Below, one piece after another: positions 25,872-35,068 of a stretch of DNA of 64,000 bases (position 1 is its first letter; the number at the start of each line of letters is the position of its first letter). Source of the DNA: a virus (Duplodnaviria > Caudoviricetes). The DNA is taken from positions 1,040 through 65,039 of the IMG/VR virus record IMGVR_UViG_3300046004_002544, one strand, 5' to 3'. Under the pieces are notes generated by a model. The model did not search any database and was not told where the DNA came from. It saw only the letters and a program-made list of their open reading frames with translations. A program made the translations under genes and the position numbers.

Positions 25872-27358
25872 TTCACCAGCTTTAGATATTCTCGGAGACC
25901 ATCGCCAGTAAGGAAGTGGGTGGTGACAATTTTCCCATCCTGGTCGGCCAGTATCTTCTCATCCACAGTGCCGTTCGCCGCCAGGTCACAGACGCCTATG
26001 TTGCGCCCCCCGACCTGTGTGCAGCGCTCATCGGACTGACGCCGGCCAATCAGGTCACCGTGGTCGTGGCTGTAGTGGATGATGTAGCTACCGGCGCTGA
26101 AGTCCAGCCCCTGGCCACATGCCTTGCGGTTGGCCACCATGGCGGTGACCGACGGGTCAGTCTGGAAGGCGTCCTCGTTGCGGGCGCGGTCAGCCTGCTT
26201 GGTGCCGCCGTAATAGTCGACGGCCTTGATGCCTTCCGCAGCCAGGCGCTCAAGCACCCGACGGATGTCCTCCCGGAACCGGCACCAGATGATGACCTTG
26301 CCACCCGCCAGGCGCACCTCGTCCACCATCCGGTTCAGACGCGGGTTCTTGTCTGGGGGGATCAGGTCGTGGACCACGCCGTCCTCGTCGACCGTCCAGC
26401 CCGACGCCACCTGCTGCAGCCGGGAGATGAGCACTCCGCCTTCGGCCTCTCCGAGCATCTCGCCGCTGTCCAGGCGTACCAGGCCGCCACGCACCAGGTC
26501 GTTGTAGACCCGCTTCTGCTGGCCAGTCAGGTCGAAGGTCTCGAGGGCCGAGACCAGTCGGGGCATATCGTCCACCTCGTCCCGGTAGACGTATGAGGTG
26601 AGCGCGGCCATCCGATCGCGCAGCTCCTCGAGATTGCGGTAGTCGACCAGTTTCGGGATCGTCCGCTGAACCCGGTAGCCCTGGCGGTTCTTGACCCAAA
26701 TCTGGCTCTCTTCCCACTCGCCGTAGCGCTTCTCGAACTCCTCGTAGGTCTTGAACCCCAGGCAGCCTTTGCCCAGCAGCTCGTACTGCGCCCAGGCGTG
26801 GAAGGGGGAGTTGTCCACCATCGTCCCGGACAGGTTGCGCCGGACAACGGCCTTGGGGGCGATGTAGGTGCGGGCGTAGCGGGATCGCTTGGACCCTGGC
26901 CGACGCATGTCGTGGGTCTCGTCCACGATCAGCATGAAGCGCCTGCGCTTCATGAAGGCTCGAATGTACTCCTTGGGGCGCTTAAGGCCCACGCCCTCGA
27001 AGTTGACGCAGAACCAGGCCAGGCCAGGCGCCTTGAGCAGGTCGCCAAACCGGCGGTCGTACTCGACGTTCCAAGCCTGCTCGGAGTTCCAGGCCATGGC
27101 CGTGTATTGAGTGCCCTCCCAGGAGTGAAGGGGGAGCTGCTTCCGCGGCCAGTTGGCATGGACGTTGTTGGGGGCTAGGAGAAGGACCCCGTCAATGCGG
27201 CCCTGGGCGTGCAGGTAGCAGGCCAGGTCGATCATCGCTTTGGTCTTGCCGGTGCGCATCTGCCAATGCAGGGCGCGTGCCGGGTCGTCCCGATGGAGCT
27301 CGAACTCCCGGTCCTGGTGGGCCCAATTTGGGTGCCTGAACCGGGAGCTCCAGTCCAT
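25868..27358 (-). CDS. Superfamily 2 (SNF2-like) DNA helicase
   Basis: Walker A 'MRTGKT', Walker B 'DETH', 'LSGT', C-terminal 'GQGLDF...QSDER'. Confidence 0.88.
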   Translation of the reverse strand: MDWSSRFRHPNWAHQDREFELHRDDPARALHWQMRTGKTKAMIDLACYLHAQGRIDGVLLLAPNNVHANWPRKQLPLHSWEGTQYTAMAWNSEQAWNVEYDRRFGDLLKAPGLAWFCVNFEGVGLKRPKEYIRAFMKRRRFMLIVDETHDMRRPGSKRSRYARTYIAPKAVVRRNLSGTMVDNSPFHAWAQYELLGKGCLGFKTYEEFEKRYGEWEESQIWVKNRQGYRVQRTIPKLVDYRNLEELRDRMAALTSYVYRDEVDDMPRLVSALETFDLTGQQKRVYNDLVRGGLVRLDSGEMLGEAEGGVLISRLQQVASGWTVDEDGVVHDLIPPDKNPRLNRMVDEVRLAGGKVIIWCRFREDIRRVLERLAAEGIKAVDYYGGTKQADRARNEDAFQTDPSVTAMVANRKACGQGLDFSAGSYIIHYSHDHGDLIGRRQSDERCTQVGGRNIGVCDLAANGTVDEKILADQDGKIVTTHFLTGDGLREYLKLVK

Positions 27359-27363
27359 GTGGG

Positions 27364-27915
27364 CTAGAAGCCCATGGCCGCGACGGCGACCTCGACGCCG
27401 GCGGGGGGCTCGTGGCCGCAGGCCAGGACCGCCTTGACCGATCCGCTCAGCAGGATGGCCTTGCCGCGCAGGTGGGTCGGGACGCGCTGGCGGGGCTTGG
27501 AGAAGAACCGGGCGGCGCGCTTGCCGTTGGTCATCGCCTGGCCAGGCAGGTATCCGTCCGCCTGGTAGACCGCATCGATGATCGCGGGCGGCACATCGGT
27601 GACGTACCCGGGCAGCTGAGCGACGAAGCGGGCGACCGTCTCGTCGTGGGCCTCGAGGCGGATGTTCTCGCCGCGGACACGGCGCGGCTTGTAGGCGAAG
27701 CCAGGGTTGGCCTTCTCGTAGGCCCGGCGCTCACGCTTGGTCAGCGGCACCTGGTCGGCCAGGGCGCGGAGGCCCTTGTGGGTGGCGACCAGGTGGCGGT
27801 TCGGGCCGACGGCGACCTTGAGGGCGCGCTCGATGCGGGCCTTGAGGCCCGGGTCCTTGGCTTCCAGGGCGCGGAGCTCGGCGGCGGTCAGGCGGGTGGC
27901 TTCGGTCGTTTGCAT
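27364..27915 (-). CDS. Hypothetical basic protein
   Basis: MQTTEATR... with strong GC3 bias, between polymerase and helicase. Confidence 0.65.
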   Translation of the reverse strand: MQTTEATRLTAAELRALEAKDPGLKARIERALKVAVGPNRHLVATHKGLRALADQVPLTKRERRAYEKANPGFAYKPRRVRGENIRLEAHDETVARFVAQLPGYVTDVPPAIIDAVYQADGYLPGQAMTNGKRAARFFSKPRQRVPTHLRGKAILLSGSVKAVLACGHEPPAGVEVAVAAMGF

Positions 27916-27932
27916 GTCTCTCTCGCTCTCTT

Positions 27933-30242
27933 CTATTTGCGGTAGCGCTTGCCGCGCCACCCCTCGGCCGCCACAGGGCAACCAGCCGCCCAACCCGGGG
28001 TTCGGGACATGAGCTCTTCAAACTCATCCACGCTGCCGACTCCCTCGTCGACCTCAGCGATCAGCTCGTCGTGGACTGAGAGGATGACGTCGTAGATGCC
28101 ACTCTCATCCGCCTCGAGCATCGCCTCGGCCATCAGGTCGCGGGCGGTAGCTTGGGTGATGTTCTCTACCAGTTTGCCCCCGTAGGTGTCCTGGACGCAC
28201 CATTGCTTGGAGAGCGCGTCGACACCCATGAACAGCAGGACCGGCTTCTCGGAGCCCCAGGGGGTCTTTTTCAGCACCAGGCGCGGGTCGCAGTAGTGCA
28301 GGGCGCGGCCGGATGGCAGGTAGCACTTCAGGAAGCGGCCTTCCACGCGGAAGGTCACCCTGCCGAGCTCGCTGCGAACCTCACGGCCAGGGGAGCGGAC
28401 GGCGGCCACGGCGGCGGCTTCTACGTCCTCCCACATTTGGGCGACTGAGGCGTACTTGGCCCGGTAGACGTCCACGATGTGCTTCATGAGCACCAGCTCG
28501 TGCTTGACCTCGTCGAAGACCAGGTCGTTCTTGGTCAGGCGGACCCGGCGCTGGGCGCCGACTTTGCGGGAGTTTGCCGCAGCGCCTTCCTGGCGCTCAG
28601 GCCAGTAGTATTTATCCAGGTAGGCCGCCAGCTCGGCCCACTTAGGTCCAACGATCCGCCGGCACTGCTCCTCCGTGAAGGTGATCTTGTACTTCCGGCA
28701 CGTGAGCAGGAAGGTGACGAAGCCCATGCCAAACCCGAGGCCCAGGATGGCCTGCTTGCCAAGCTGCCGCTCATCCGGGTGCTTGCCCTTGATGACCTTG
28801 TAGCCATAGATGCCCGTCGCCATGTCGCAATAGATGCAGTCGCCGGACCGGAAGACCTCGAGAGCCTCTTCCTCGCCGGCCAACCACATGACCACACGCG
28901 CCTCGATGGCCGCGTAGTCTGCGACGATCAGGTCTCGACCCTCCGAGGCCATGATGAGCCCGCGGAGCGCCTCCGACAGCAGGCCTATCGCCTCGCCGTA
29001 CAGGGCGCGGATGATTTCGATCTCGCCGGTCAGGATCGTGGAGCAGGCGAGCTCCATATCCTTGATGGTGCCACGCGGGAAGTTGTGAGGCTGGAGGCCC
29101 TTGCCCGACCAGCGCCCGGTCGAGGCGCCGTGGTACATCATCATGTCGCGGATGCGCCCATCGGCGGCCGCGTAGGCCAGGCAGGCCTTGTACTTGGCCG
29201 TCGAGGTGCGGTTCACCTCGCGCACGATCTTGATGACCCTGTGCAGGTCCGCCCGCAGACCAGGCTTGGCCAGGAAGGTGTCCAGCGTGGGCCCCTGCGT
29301 GTCTGGCAGGTCGACGCCCTGGCTTGCAAGCCACAGCTTCACGCCGCTGCGCTGAGAGGCTTTCTCCACTGCGCCGCCGGTGATCGCCTCCAGCTCGCGG
29401 TTCAACCTGGCCGTCTCTCGATCGACGATCCGAAGCGCGGTCTTGGCCATCTTCACGTCGACCCGCACACCGCGCAGGTTCATGGCCTGGTCCATCGCCC
29501 AGATGCGGGACTCGAGGGGGCTCAGGTCAGGCAGGACAGCGCTCAGGCCATGCTCGGAGTCCACGTCGGTGCCACAGTAGGAGAAGAGCTTGCCCAGCTC
29601 CTCGGGGTCCTCGTGCCACAGGAGGCCGTGCTCGAAGTCGTAGCCCAGGTCGGAGAGCTGCCTGTAGGCGTCCAGGTCCGCGCTCTCTTCCCAGGCCTTG
29701 ATGAGCGCCGCCTCGGCCTTCTTGGGCTTGCGAGGCTTGCAGACCTTGAGCATGATCCGCCGGCCTTCGTTGTCCTTCTGGACCTCGAGGCCGAGCGCGG
29801 CGCAGGCAGCGCCAAGGGAGCGGGGCAGGGAGTGTGCGGAGGCCTTGGCCGCCGAGCAGCGCCAGGCCTCTTCCGGAACCGCAGGCCAGCCGTACCGAGC
29901 CACGCAGATGTTGGTCCAGATAGACCGCTCAAAGAAAGCGTTGTGGGCCTCGATGAGGCCACCCAGGGCGAGCCAGACGAACAGGTCGTCCAGGACGTCG
30001 CGGCCTTCCTCAGGAATGCCTAGCCTTGGATATGCGGGGTGCCAGCCGCGTGCAGCTGGCCAATGGGGGAGCCTGACATACAGGCACATCAACTGCGTGG
30101 TCGGGTGCTGGCTGTACTTCCAGGCCCCTTCCTTGAGGATGTCACAGGCCGACCGGGTCTCGAAGTCGACCGTCGCGCGGGGTTCGTTCTCAGAGGCGGG
30201 GCGCGTGCCGACCGATCCGAGCAAGTCTGTCTTGAGGCTCAT
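27933..30242 (-). CDS. DNA polymerase, family A (SPO2-type), with 3'-5' exonuclease
   Basis: Exo motifs 'DFETRS' and 'AHNAFFER'. Motif A 'DYAAIEARV', motif B 'RQLGKQAILGLGFG', motif C 'VHDE'. Confidence 0.93.
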   Translation of the reverse strand: MSLKTDLLGSVGTRPASENEPRATVDFETRSACDILKEGAWKYSQHPTTQLMCLYVRLPHWPAARGWHPAYPRLGIPEEGRDVLDDLFVWLALGGLIEAHNAFFERSIWTNICVARYGWPAVPEEAWRCSAAKASAHSLPRSLGAACAALGLEVQKDNEGRRIMLKVCKPRKPKKAEAALIKAWEESADLDAYRQLSDLGYDFEHGLLWHEDPEELGKLFSYCGTDVDSEHGLSAVLPDLSPLESRIWAMDQAMNLRGVRVDVKMAKTALRIVDRETARLNRELEAITGGAVEKASQRSGVKLWLASQGVDLPDTQGPTLDTFLAKPGLRADLHRVIKIVREVNRTSTAKYKACLAYAAADGRIRDMMMYHGASTGRWSGKGLQPHNFPRGTIKDMELACSTILTGEIEIIRALYGEAIGLLSEALRGLIMASEGRDLIVADYAAIEARVVMWLAGEEEALEVFRSGDCIYCDMATGIYGYKVIKGKHPDERQLGKQAILGLGFGMGFVTFLLTCRKYKITFTEEQCRRIVGPKWAELAAYLDKYYWPERQEGAAANSRKVGAQRRVRLTKNDLVFDEVKHELVLMKHIVDVYRAKYASVAQMWEDVEAAAVAAVRSPGREVRSELGRVTFRVEGRFLKCYLPSGRALHYCDPRLVLKKTPWGSEKPVLLFMGVDALSKQWCVQDTYGGKLVENITQATARDLMAEAMLEADESGIYDVILSVHDELIAEVDEGVGSVDEFEELMSRTPGWAAGCPVAAEGWRGKRYRK

Positions 30243-30281
30243 GGGGTGAAGGGTGCCATAGCTCCCTTCACCCCTCGACCC

Positions 30282-30551
30282 TTAGTCGACCTTGTTGACG
30301 GTCGTGCTGGCCTTGAAGAAGCCGCCGACGAAGCCGAGGAAGGCGCCCAGCTGCCAGACCTTGATGCCGGTCACGCCCAGGGCGGCGAGCACGGTGGTGA
30401 TGGTGTTGGTGAAGAACAGACCCACGATCCAGCCGGCGAAGGCGCCGAGAGCGGTGCCGGCCAGAACGGCGAGCAGGAGGAGGGCGGCGATGGAAGCGAC
30501 CGCGCCGATGCCGAGGGCGGCGATGGCGAACACGTTGGACTTGATGGACAT
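30282..30551 (-). CDS. Small hydrophobic membrane protein
   Basis: 89 aa, 2-3 predicted TM segments. Confidence 0.7.
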   Translation of the reverse strand: MSIKSNVFAIAALGIGAVASIAALLLLAVLAGTALGAFAGWIVGLFFTNTITTVLAALGVTGIKVWQLGAFLGFVGGFFKASTTVNKVD

Positions 30552-30611
30552 TTCTGTCTCCCAGGTTGCAGACTCCTGGAGCGTACCCCTAGCCGGCTGC
30601 CTGGGGTCCCA

Positions 30612-31085
30612 TCACTTGGAAGGCAGCGCAGGCCTGCCCTGGCAGCGGGTCAAGTCTGACCCAGGCGTCGGCGCCTGCGCTCCCAGCCGGATAGCCCGAC
30701 AGGAAAACAGGTAGCCGGTCGCCTCGAGGTCCGCCCTGGTGCGCAAGTCGGGGTGCCGGTTGTCGGCTACCCAGCGGCCGTCGACGACCAGGACAGTGTG
30801 CCAGAGGCCCAGCTCGGTCACGACGATCCAGACCTGCATGCGCTGCCGCCCGACGCCGACCTGCTCCAGGAGGGCCATCTTCTCGAGGACCAGGTCCTCG
30901 CAGTCACCCTGCCAGCCCTGGCGTGACGCCCGAGCCCAGGTATCCGCTCCTGGCCGGTCCTCGCGCCTGATGGCGCGGGCCTCTACGTAGTCGTGCACCT
31001 GCTCCGCGGCGTCTCGCACCGCGAAGGGGTTGCTTGAGTCGACCGCGGCGATCGTGGCCAAGGCCATCAAAGCGGCTACCAGCAT
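30612..31085 (-). CDS. Secreted transglutaminase-like cysteine protease (BTLCP/C93, LapG-like)
   Basis: Signal-like N-terminus MLVAALMALATIAA. 'DTW...GDCED...K...L', 'HTVLVV...VADN' give a Cys-His-Asp triad. Confidence 0.75.
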   Translation of the reverse strand: MLVAALMALATIAAVDSSNPFAVRDAAEQVHDYVEARAIRREDRPGADTWARASRQGWQGDCEDLVLEKMALLEQVGVGRQRMQVWIVVTELGLWHTVLVVDGRWVADNRHPDLRTRADLEATGYLFSCRAIRLGAQAPTPGSDLTRCQGRPALPSK

Positions 31086-31086
31086 G

Positions 31087-31425
31087 TCAGTCCTCGTCCT
31101 CTTCTTCAGGGGCGCACTCGTCGCACTGAGGCTCCCCACCCTCGTTGTCCTCGCCGGCTTCGGACTGCTCGCACCACCACCCGCAGCACGTGCAGAGGAA
31201 GACTTCCTGGTCGATTGCGTCGCAGAAGGCCTGATCGGTCTCCAGCTCAGGATGCCCGATCCGCTCCAGGACGTCCAGCAAGTTGTGTTGGCACTGGCCA
31301 CGCAGCTCCTCAGCCACGTGGGCGGCGACGTCCACCAGCTCCTCGGGCGGGCCATTCCAGCCCGCCCGTTCTACCAGCCGGAGGCGGATGCCATCCGCCT
31401 CCTTGACAGCCCACCAGGTTGACAT
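31087..31425 (-). CDS. Zn-ribbon hypothetical protein
   Basis: 'FLCTCCGWWCE...CDEC'. Confidence 0.65.
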   Translation of the reverse strand: MSTWWAVKEADGIRLRLVERAGWNGPPEELVDVAAHVAEELRGQCQHNLLDVLERIGHPELETDQAFCDAIDQEVFLCTCCGWWCEQSEAGEDNEGGEPQCDECAPEEEDED

Positions 31426-32816
31426 CAGTCCTCCTCAGGCCCGTAGAGGTCCTTTTCGACCGCGTCCACGTCGTCCGGGTCGGTCTCGGTGTCGTCCGGC
31501 TCGTCATCGTCCTCCGGGCGGTCGGGGGCCGGCGTCGGCTCGTTTGCGGCCTGCAGGGCAACGGACATATCCTGCAGCTCGCCAGCCAGGGCTTCAGCCT
31601 CGGGGGTGAAGCGGATGGCCTTGCGGTCCATGCCCTCCAGGCGGGCTCTGACGTCATCCAACATGCGCCCGGCGCCCAGGGTGAAGACCTCCTGGAAGTC
31701 CGGCTCGTCGCCCCAGTTGCGGGTATCGGGCAGGGTGGCGACGGCCGTATCAACCGTCTTGCTGACCAGCTCCAGGGTCGCCTCGCGGACGTCCTGGTGT
31801 TCCAGCAGGAGGCGGACGGCCGCTCGGTCCAGGAGGCCCTGGCCGCCGCCGTAGGTGTTGTCCAGCTGCGGGATGAGCGGATCGAGGCGCGCCAGGCGCT
31901 CGAGGGGCATCTCGCCGGACAGGGACAGGCGGACGATCTCGTCGTACCGGTGGGCGAGGTTCATGAGCGGCTTGCGCAGCTCCTGCTCGCGGGCCAGGGT
32001 CGCCGCCCACTTGTCCTTGTCGATGTAGGACTCGATCTGGTCGGAGACCAGCTGGTCGATGACCTGCGGCTGGAGGGCGTCCAGTTCCCACGACTCGTTG
32101 CCGTGCAGGGTCTGGTAGCCCTCAAAGCGGCTGTCCTGCTGCTTGGCCGGGTTCGGGGGCGGGCCGTACTGCTCGACCTGGTCCATGTTGAGGGCCACGC
32201 GGACGACCTCGACGCCCATGCGGGCGAACAGGGCGAGGCGTGCGCCGTTGTCGCGGGTCATGTCGATGCCGCTGGGGTCGTGGTCCCCGAGGTGGATCAG
32301 CACAGGGCGCTTGCCCTCGGCGATGGCCTTCTCGAAGCGCCGGCCAGCGCGCCAGGCCTCGGAGGCCGACAGGTAGCCCTTGCAGGCCATGTACGGCGAG
32401 CGCCAGCGGTTGGCTGGCCGCGAGATGACGCCCTCGAGGGCGGACTTCTCGACCCAGCTCTCGAGGTAGACGTCCTGGTCGCGCCACGGGTTGAGCCGGA
32501 TCACGCGCTCGATGCCCTTCAGCACGTTGCGGGGGTCGTCCTCGTGGCCGTGCAGGAGGCACTGGCGCCCGCGGTCCTCGATGGCGTACCAGTCGATCTC
32601 GCCGACCTCACGGGCGTCCGTGATGATCCGGCCCAGCCGCTTGTATTCCTTCTCGGTGTTGGCGATCAGGTTGCGGGAGACGAACTGGTAATAGAGCTGC
32701 CGGAGGGTCAGCACGTAGCCGGCCTCGTCGTACTCGGCGAGAATGAGCTTGGCCTGCTCGACGGTGGCGCGGGCCTTGCCGTTGAACCGCTGCTCGCGGT
32801 AGGCGATGAGAGGCAT
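31425..32816 (-). CDS. TOPRIM-domain protein (topoisomerase VI-A / DUF2399-like)
   Basis: 'TLRQLYYQFV', 'WVEKSAL', 'KGYLS', 'LGDHDPSGIDM', 'WELDAL'. Confidence 0.75.
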   Translation of the reverse strand: MPLIAYREQRFNGKARATVEQAKLILAEYDEAGYVLTLRQLYYQFVSRNLIANTEKEYKRLGRIITDAREVGEIDWYAIEDRGRQCLLHGHEDDPRNVLKGIERVIRLNPWRDQDVYLESWVEKSALEGVISRPANRWRSPYMACKGYLSASEAWRAGRRFEKAIAEGKRPVLIHLGDHDPSGIDMTRDNGARLALFARMGVEVVRVALNMDQVEQYGPPPNPAKQQDSRFEGYQTLHGNESWELDALQPQVIDQLVSDQIESYIDKDKWAATLAREQELRKPLMNLAHRYDEIVRLSLSGEMPLERLARLDPLIPQLDNTYGGGQGLLDRAAVRLLLEHQDVREATLELVSKTVDTAVATLPDTRNWGDEPDFQEVFTLGAGRMLDDVRARLEGMDRKAIRFTPEAEALAGELQDMSVALQAANEPTPAPDRPEDDDEPDDTETDPDDVDAVEKDLYGPEED

Positions 32817-32827
32817 TTCTTGTTCTC

Positions 32828-33211
32828 CTATGCCCGAACCTGGACGACGCCGCTGCGGTACAGCCAGGCCTCGAGCTTCTTGCAGCCCAGCTGACGCTTG
32901 GCCTCCAGCATGTGCTGTCCGCGACGGCCGATCTGGGCCAACGGGACTTCGATGTAGAGAGCCCCATCGATCTTCCGCTGCCACTTGTAGGCGAACGGCT
33001 GGTCGGCGTCGAAGGTGCCTCGCATGGACACCAGTATGGTTCCGACCACAGGGTCATCGCTGACGGTGGCGAAGGTCACGCCTCTGCGAACCATCTCAGA
33101 GGCCATGGGGCCGCGAATGCGGAACCATACATGCGTCGGCAGGTCTGAGCCGTGGGTCCGGCGGAAGCCGAAGCTGGCGTGGCAACGAGCCACAATTGTC
33201 TTCTTGGTCAT
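32828..33211 (-). CDS. Hypothetical protein
   Basis: MTKKTIVAR... after GGAG. Confidence 0.55.
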   Translation of the reverse strand: MTKKTIVARCHASFGFRRTHGSDLPTHVWFRIRGPMASEMVRRGVTFATVSDDPVVGTILVSMRGTFDADQPFAYKWQRKIDGALYIEVPLAQIGRRGQHMLEAKRQLGCKKLEAWLYRSGVVQVRA

Positions 33212-33396
33212 GTCTGTGTCTCCATCTTGAGGGGCATTCCGCACATGAAGCTGCGGGCGACGATGATCCAGCCAGTGCCAATGCGGTGGAAGCCGATGAC
33301 GTTGGGCTGGCTGACTGCGAACTTGCGGGGCGGGATGACCGCAGGCGGGGAGGGCGGAGCCCTCCCCGGGAACAGTTGGACGACGTTCTCAGCCAT
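33208..33396 (-). CDS. Small hypothetical protein
   Basis: MAENVVQLFP..., coupled to both neighbours. Confidence 0.4.
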   Translation of the reverse strand: MAENVVQLFPGRAPPSPPAVIPPRKFAVSQPNVIGFHRIGTGWIIVARSFMCGMPLKMETQT

Positions 33397-33397
33397 C

Positions 33398-34489
33398 CTA
33401 CTTGGTCCGCATCTTGGTCGCCTCGACGTCCTCAACCCAACCCTCGGGGTCAGCCCGCATGCAGTTGGCGACTTGGCCGACGAGGCGGAGGGAGAGGTTG
33501 TAGAAGCGGGCTTGGTGCTCCGTGACGAAGTCGAGGACCTCCTCGCTCTGTTCGAAGGTGAGGCCGAAGTTCTTGACCAGCATGCCGTTCTCGCCTTCGG
33601 CGACCTGACGGATGCGGATCATGAAGTCGCGCTTGGTCCGCAGGGTGAGGCACAGGTACATGGAGCGGTCGATGAGGGCCTTGAAGTGCTCGGCCATCTT
33701 GTTCTGCTTGAGGATTTCCGCCTCGAAGTCGATGTTCGTGAGGAAGATCACGTGGCCTTGATAGTCGAAGGACTTGTCAATGCCGTACTCCTCGAGCCAC
33801 TGAGCCTCCTTGCGCCACGACAGGCGACGCTCCTTGCCACTGTCGAGGGCGGCCTTGAGGAGGTTGAGGCAGACCTCGTCGCGGAAGATTTCGTCGAGGT
33901 CGTCGAGGACGAGGACGCCGCCCTTGCGGGTGTACCAGAGGGCTTGGTAGAGGCCCACAGCGGTGATGCTGCCACTGATGATGTCGTAGAAGCGCGCCGC
34001 CTTCTTTTCGTCGGTGGGCACGTCTTCTTCCTTGTCATAGGCGGCGCCGTCGACGCCCATGATGACTTGCTGCATGAGGTCGCCCATCTCGTCGATGGCC
34101 TCGCGGATGGTGTGCGACTTGCCAAGGCCCGGGGGGCCGCTGACGATGAGCGAGGGCAGCTGGCCCTTGACAAGGCGGCGTGCCATGCGCCCGAGAGCGT
34201 TGTAGCGGACGTTGATGCGCGCCTTGGCTTCCTCGAGGGTCTCGACGTCCTCGTCAGCCTCAGGGAGGGAGGCCCACGTGAGGGCCTGCGCTCCAGCGGC
34301 AGAGCCGCCAGCCATCGGCATGCCGAGGGCAATCTGGCTCTTGAGGCGCGACTTGATGGACGAGACGCTGGCCGGCGTAGTGGACGCCTGCGGGAACTTC
34401 TGGCGGACGTAGAGGGCGATCGCCTCGTTGCCCATGTTGGGGTCTTTCTGCAGGCACTCAAGGACTGCATTCTGGATTTCGTTCGCCAC
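33398..34489 (-). CDS. AAA+ ATPase with an N-terminal 'KFPQAST' helical domain
   Basis: Walker A 'GPPGLGKS', Walker B 'VLVLDD', 'NLLKAALDS', 'IFLTN'. Confidence 0.8.
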   Translation of the reverse strand: MANEIQNAVLECLQKDPNMGNEAIALYVRQKFPQASTTPASVSSIKSRLKSQIALGMPMAGGSAAGAQALTWASLPEADEDVETLEEAKARINVRYNALGRMARRLVKGQLPSLIVSGPPGLGKSHTIREAIDEMGDLMQQVIMGVDGAAYDKEEDVPTDEKKAARFYDIISGSITAVGLYQALWYTRKGGVLVLDDLDEIFRDEVCLNLLKAALDSGKERRLSWRKEAQWLEEYGIDKSFDYQGHVIFLTNIDFEAEILKQNKMAEHFKALIDRSMYLCLTLRTKRDFMIRIRQVAEGENGMLVKNFGLTFEQSEEVLDFVTEHQARFYNLSLRLVGQVANCMRADPEGWVEDVEATKMRTK

Positions 34490-34535
34490 TGTCTAACTCC
34501 GTGTGGGTGTAGGCGTCTCGCCCGTCGATTTCCCC

Positions 34536-34586
34536 AGTATGCCCTGCTCCCAGCAGCTTGCAAACGGGCAAAACGCAGCCAAGGCC
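34536..34586 (-). promoter_or_regulatory. Conserved phage promoter P3
   Basis: Minus strand: GGCCTTGGCTGCGTTTTGCCCG-TTTGCA-N17-CATACT. Confidence 0.72.
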
Positions 34587-34617
34587 ATTTTGCTGGTCGC
34601 TCTATATAGGGGGCCTG

Positions 34618-34652
34618 AAAAGGCTGAGGCCTCGGATTGCTCCGAGGCCCCT
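34618..34652 (-). terminator. Terminator downstream of the tmRNA
   Basis: Minus strand: GGCCTCGGA-GCAA-TCCGAGGCC-TCAGCCTTTTC. Confidence 0.65.
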
Positions 34653-34989
34653 TCTGTTCCGAGGCCCGCCAGGGGCCCGAGTAGCTGTAGGAGGTCTACA
34701 GCTGGCGCATTACGCGGCCAGCGGGAGTTCCTGAGCCACCACGACTTGGTTGTCGTTGGCAGTTGTGGTTTTTGGGGATAACGCGCCCAGCGGTCGCCCT
34801 CAACGTCATCTACCCTTGCCCGTCGATGCTGATCGCCCCCATCATGACCGCACCGCCCGCTTCAGATACAGGCAGCTCGCTCGGACCGCCTGCGGGCCCT
34901 TTCGGGTCCGCGCCGGTGCGGTCATGGTGGAGGCGCCGGGAATCGCACCCGGGTCCGGAACAAAGTCAGACTGGTCTCAAACAGTCGAC
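34653..34989 (-). ncRNA. ssrA: Circularly permuted (two-piece) tmRNA, tag (A)ANDNQVVVAQELPLAA
   Basis: Minus strand: T-arm CCGGG-TGCGATT-CCCGG plus CGCCTCC-ACCA (ends 34925). An 84-nt intervening segment is closed by a 13-bp inverted repeat. The 5' acceptor strand GGGGGCG starts at 34840 and gives a G3-U70 pair. Tag ORF is 34760-34710 after AACT. Outer ends are estimates. Confidence 0.93.
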
Positions 34990-34995
34990 TTCTCC

Positions 34996-35024
34996 CTTAT
35001 GCGCGATCGCGCCTGGCGCGTAAA
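34996..35024 (-). promoter_or_regulatory. Promoter P4 for the tmRNA
   Basis: TTTACG-N17-CATAAG, preceded by TTTTGCGTTTTGGGCG like the other family members. Confidence 0.65.
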
Positions 35025-35036
35025 CGCCCAAAACGC

Positions 35037-35068
35037 AAAAGGCCCCGGAGTTTCCTCCGGGGCCTTCC
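35037..35068 (-). terminator. Terminator after the SSB gene
   Basis: Minus strand: AGGCCCCGGAG-GAAA-CTCCGGGGCCT-TTT. Confidence 0.75.

Noticed and set aside
17495-30242. Inteins or introns in RNR, helicase or polymerase
   Set aside because: The ORFs are continuous and of normal length, with no intein splice-junction motifs or embedded endonuclease.
34925-34960. tRNA gene or attP fragment
   Set aside because: The T-arm and CCA have no anticodon arm upstream and pair with a downstream GGGGGCG followed by a tag ORF, so this is the tmRNA acceptor piece. No integrase was seen.
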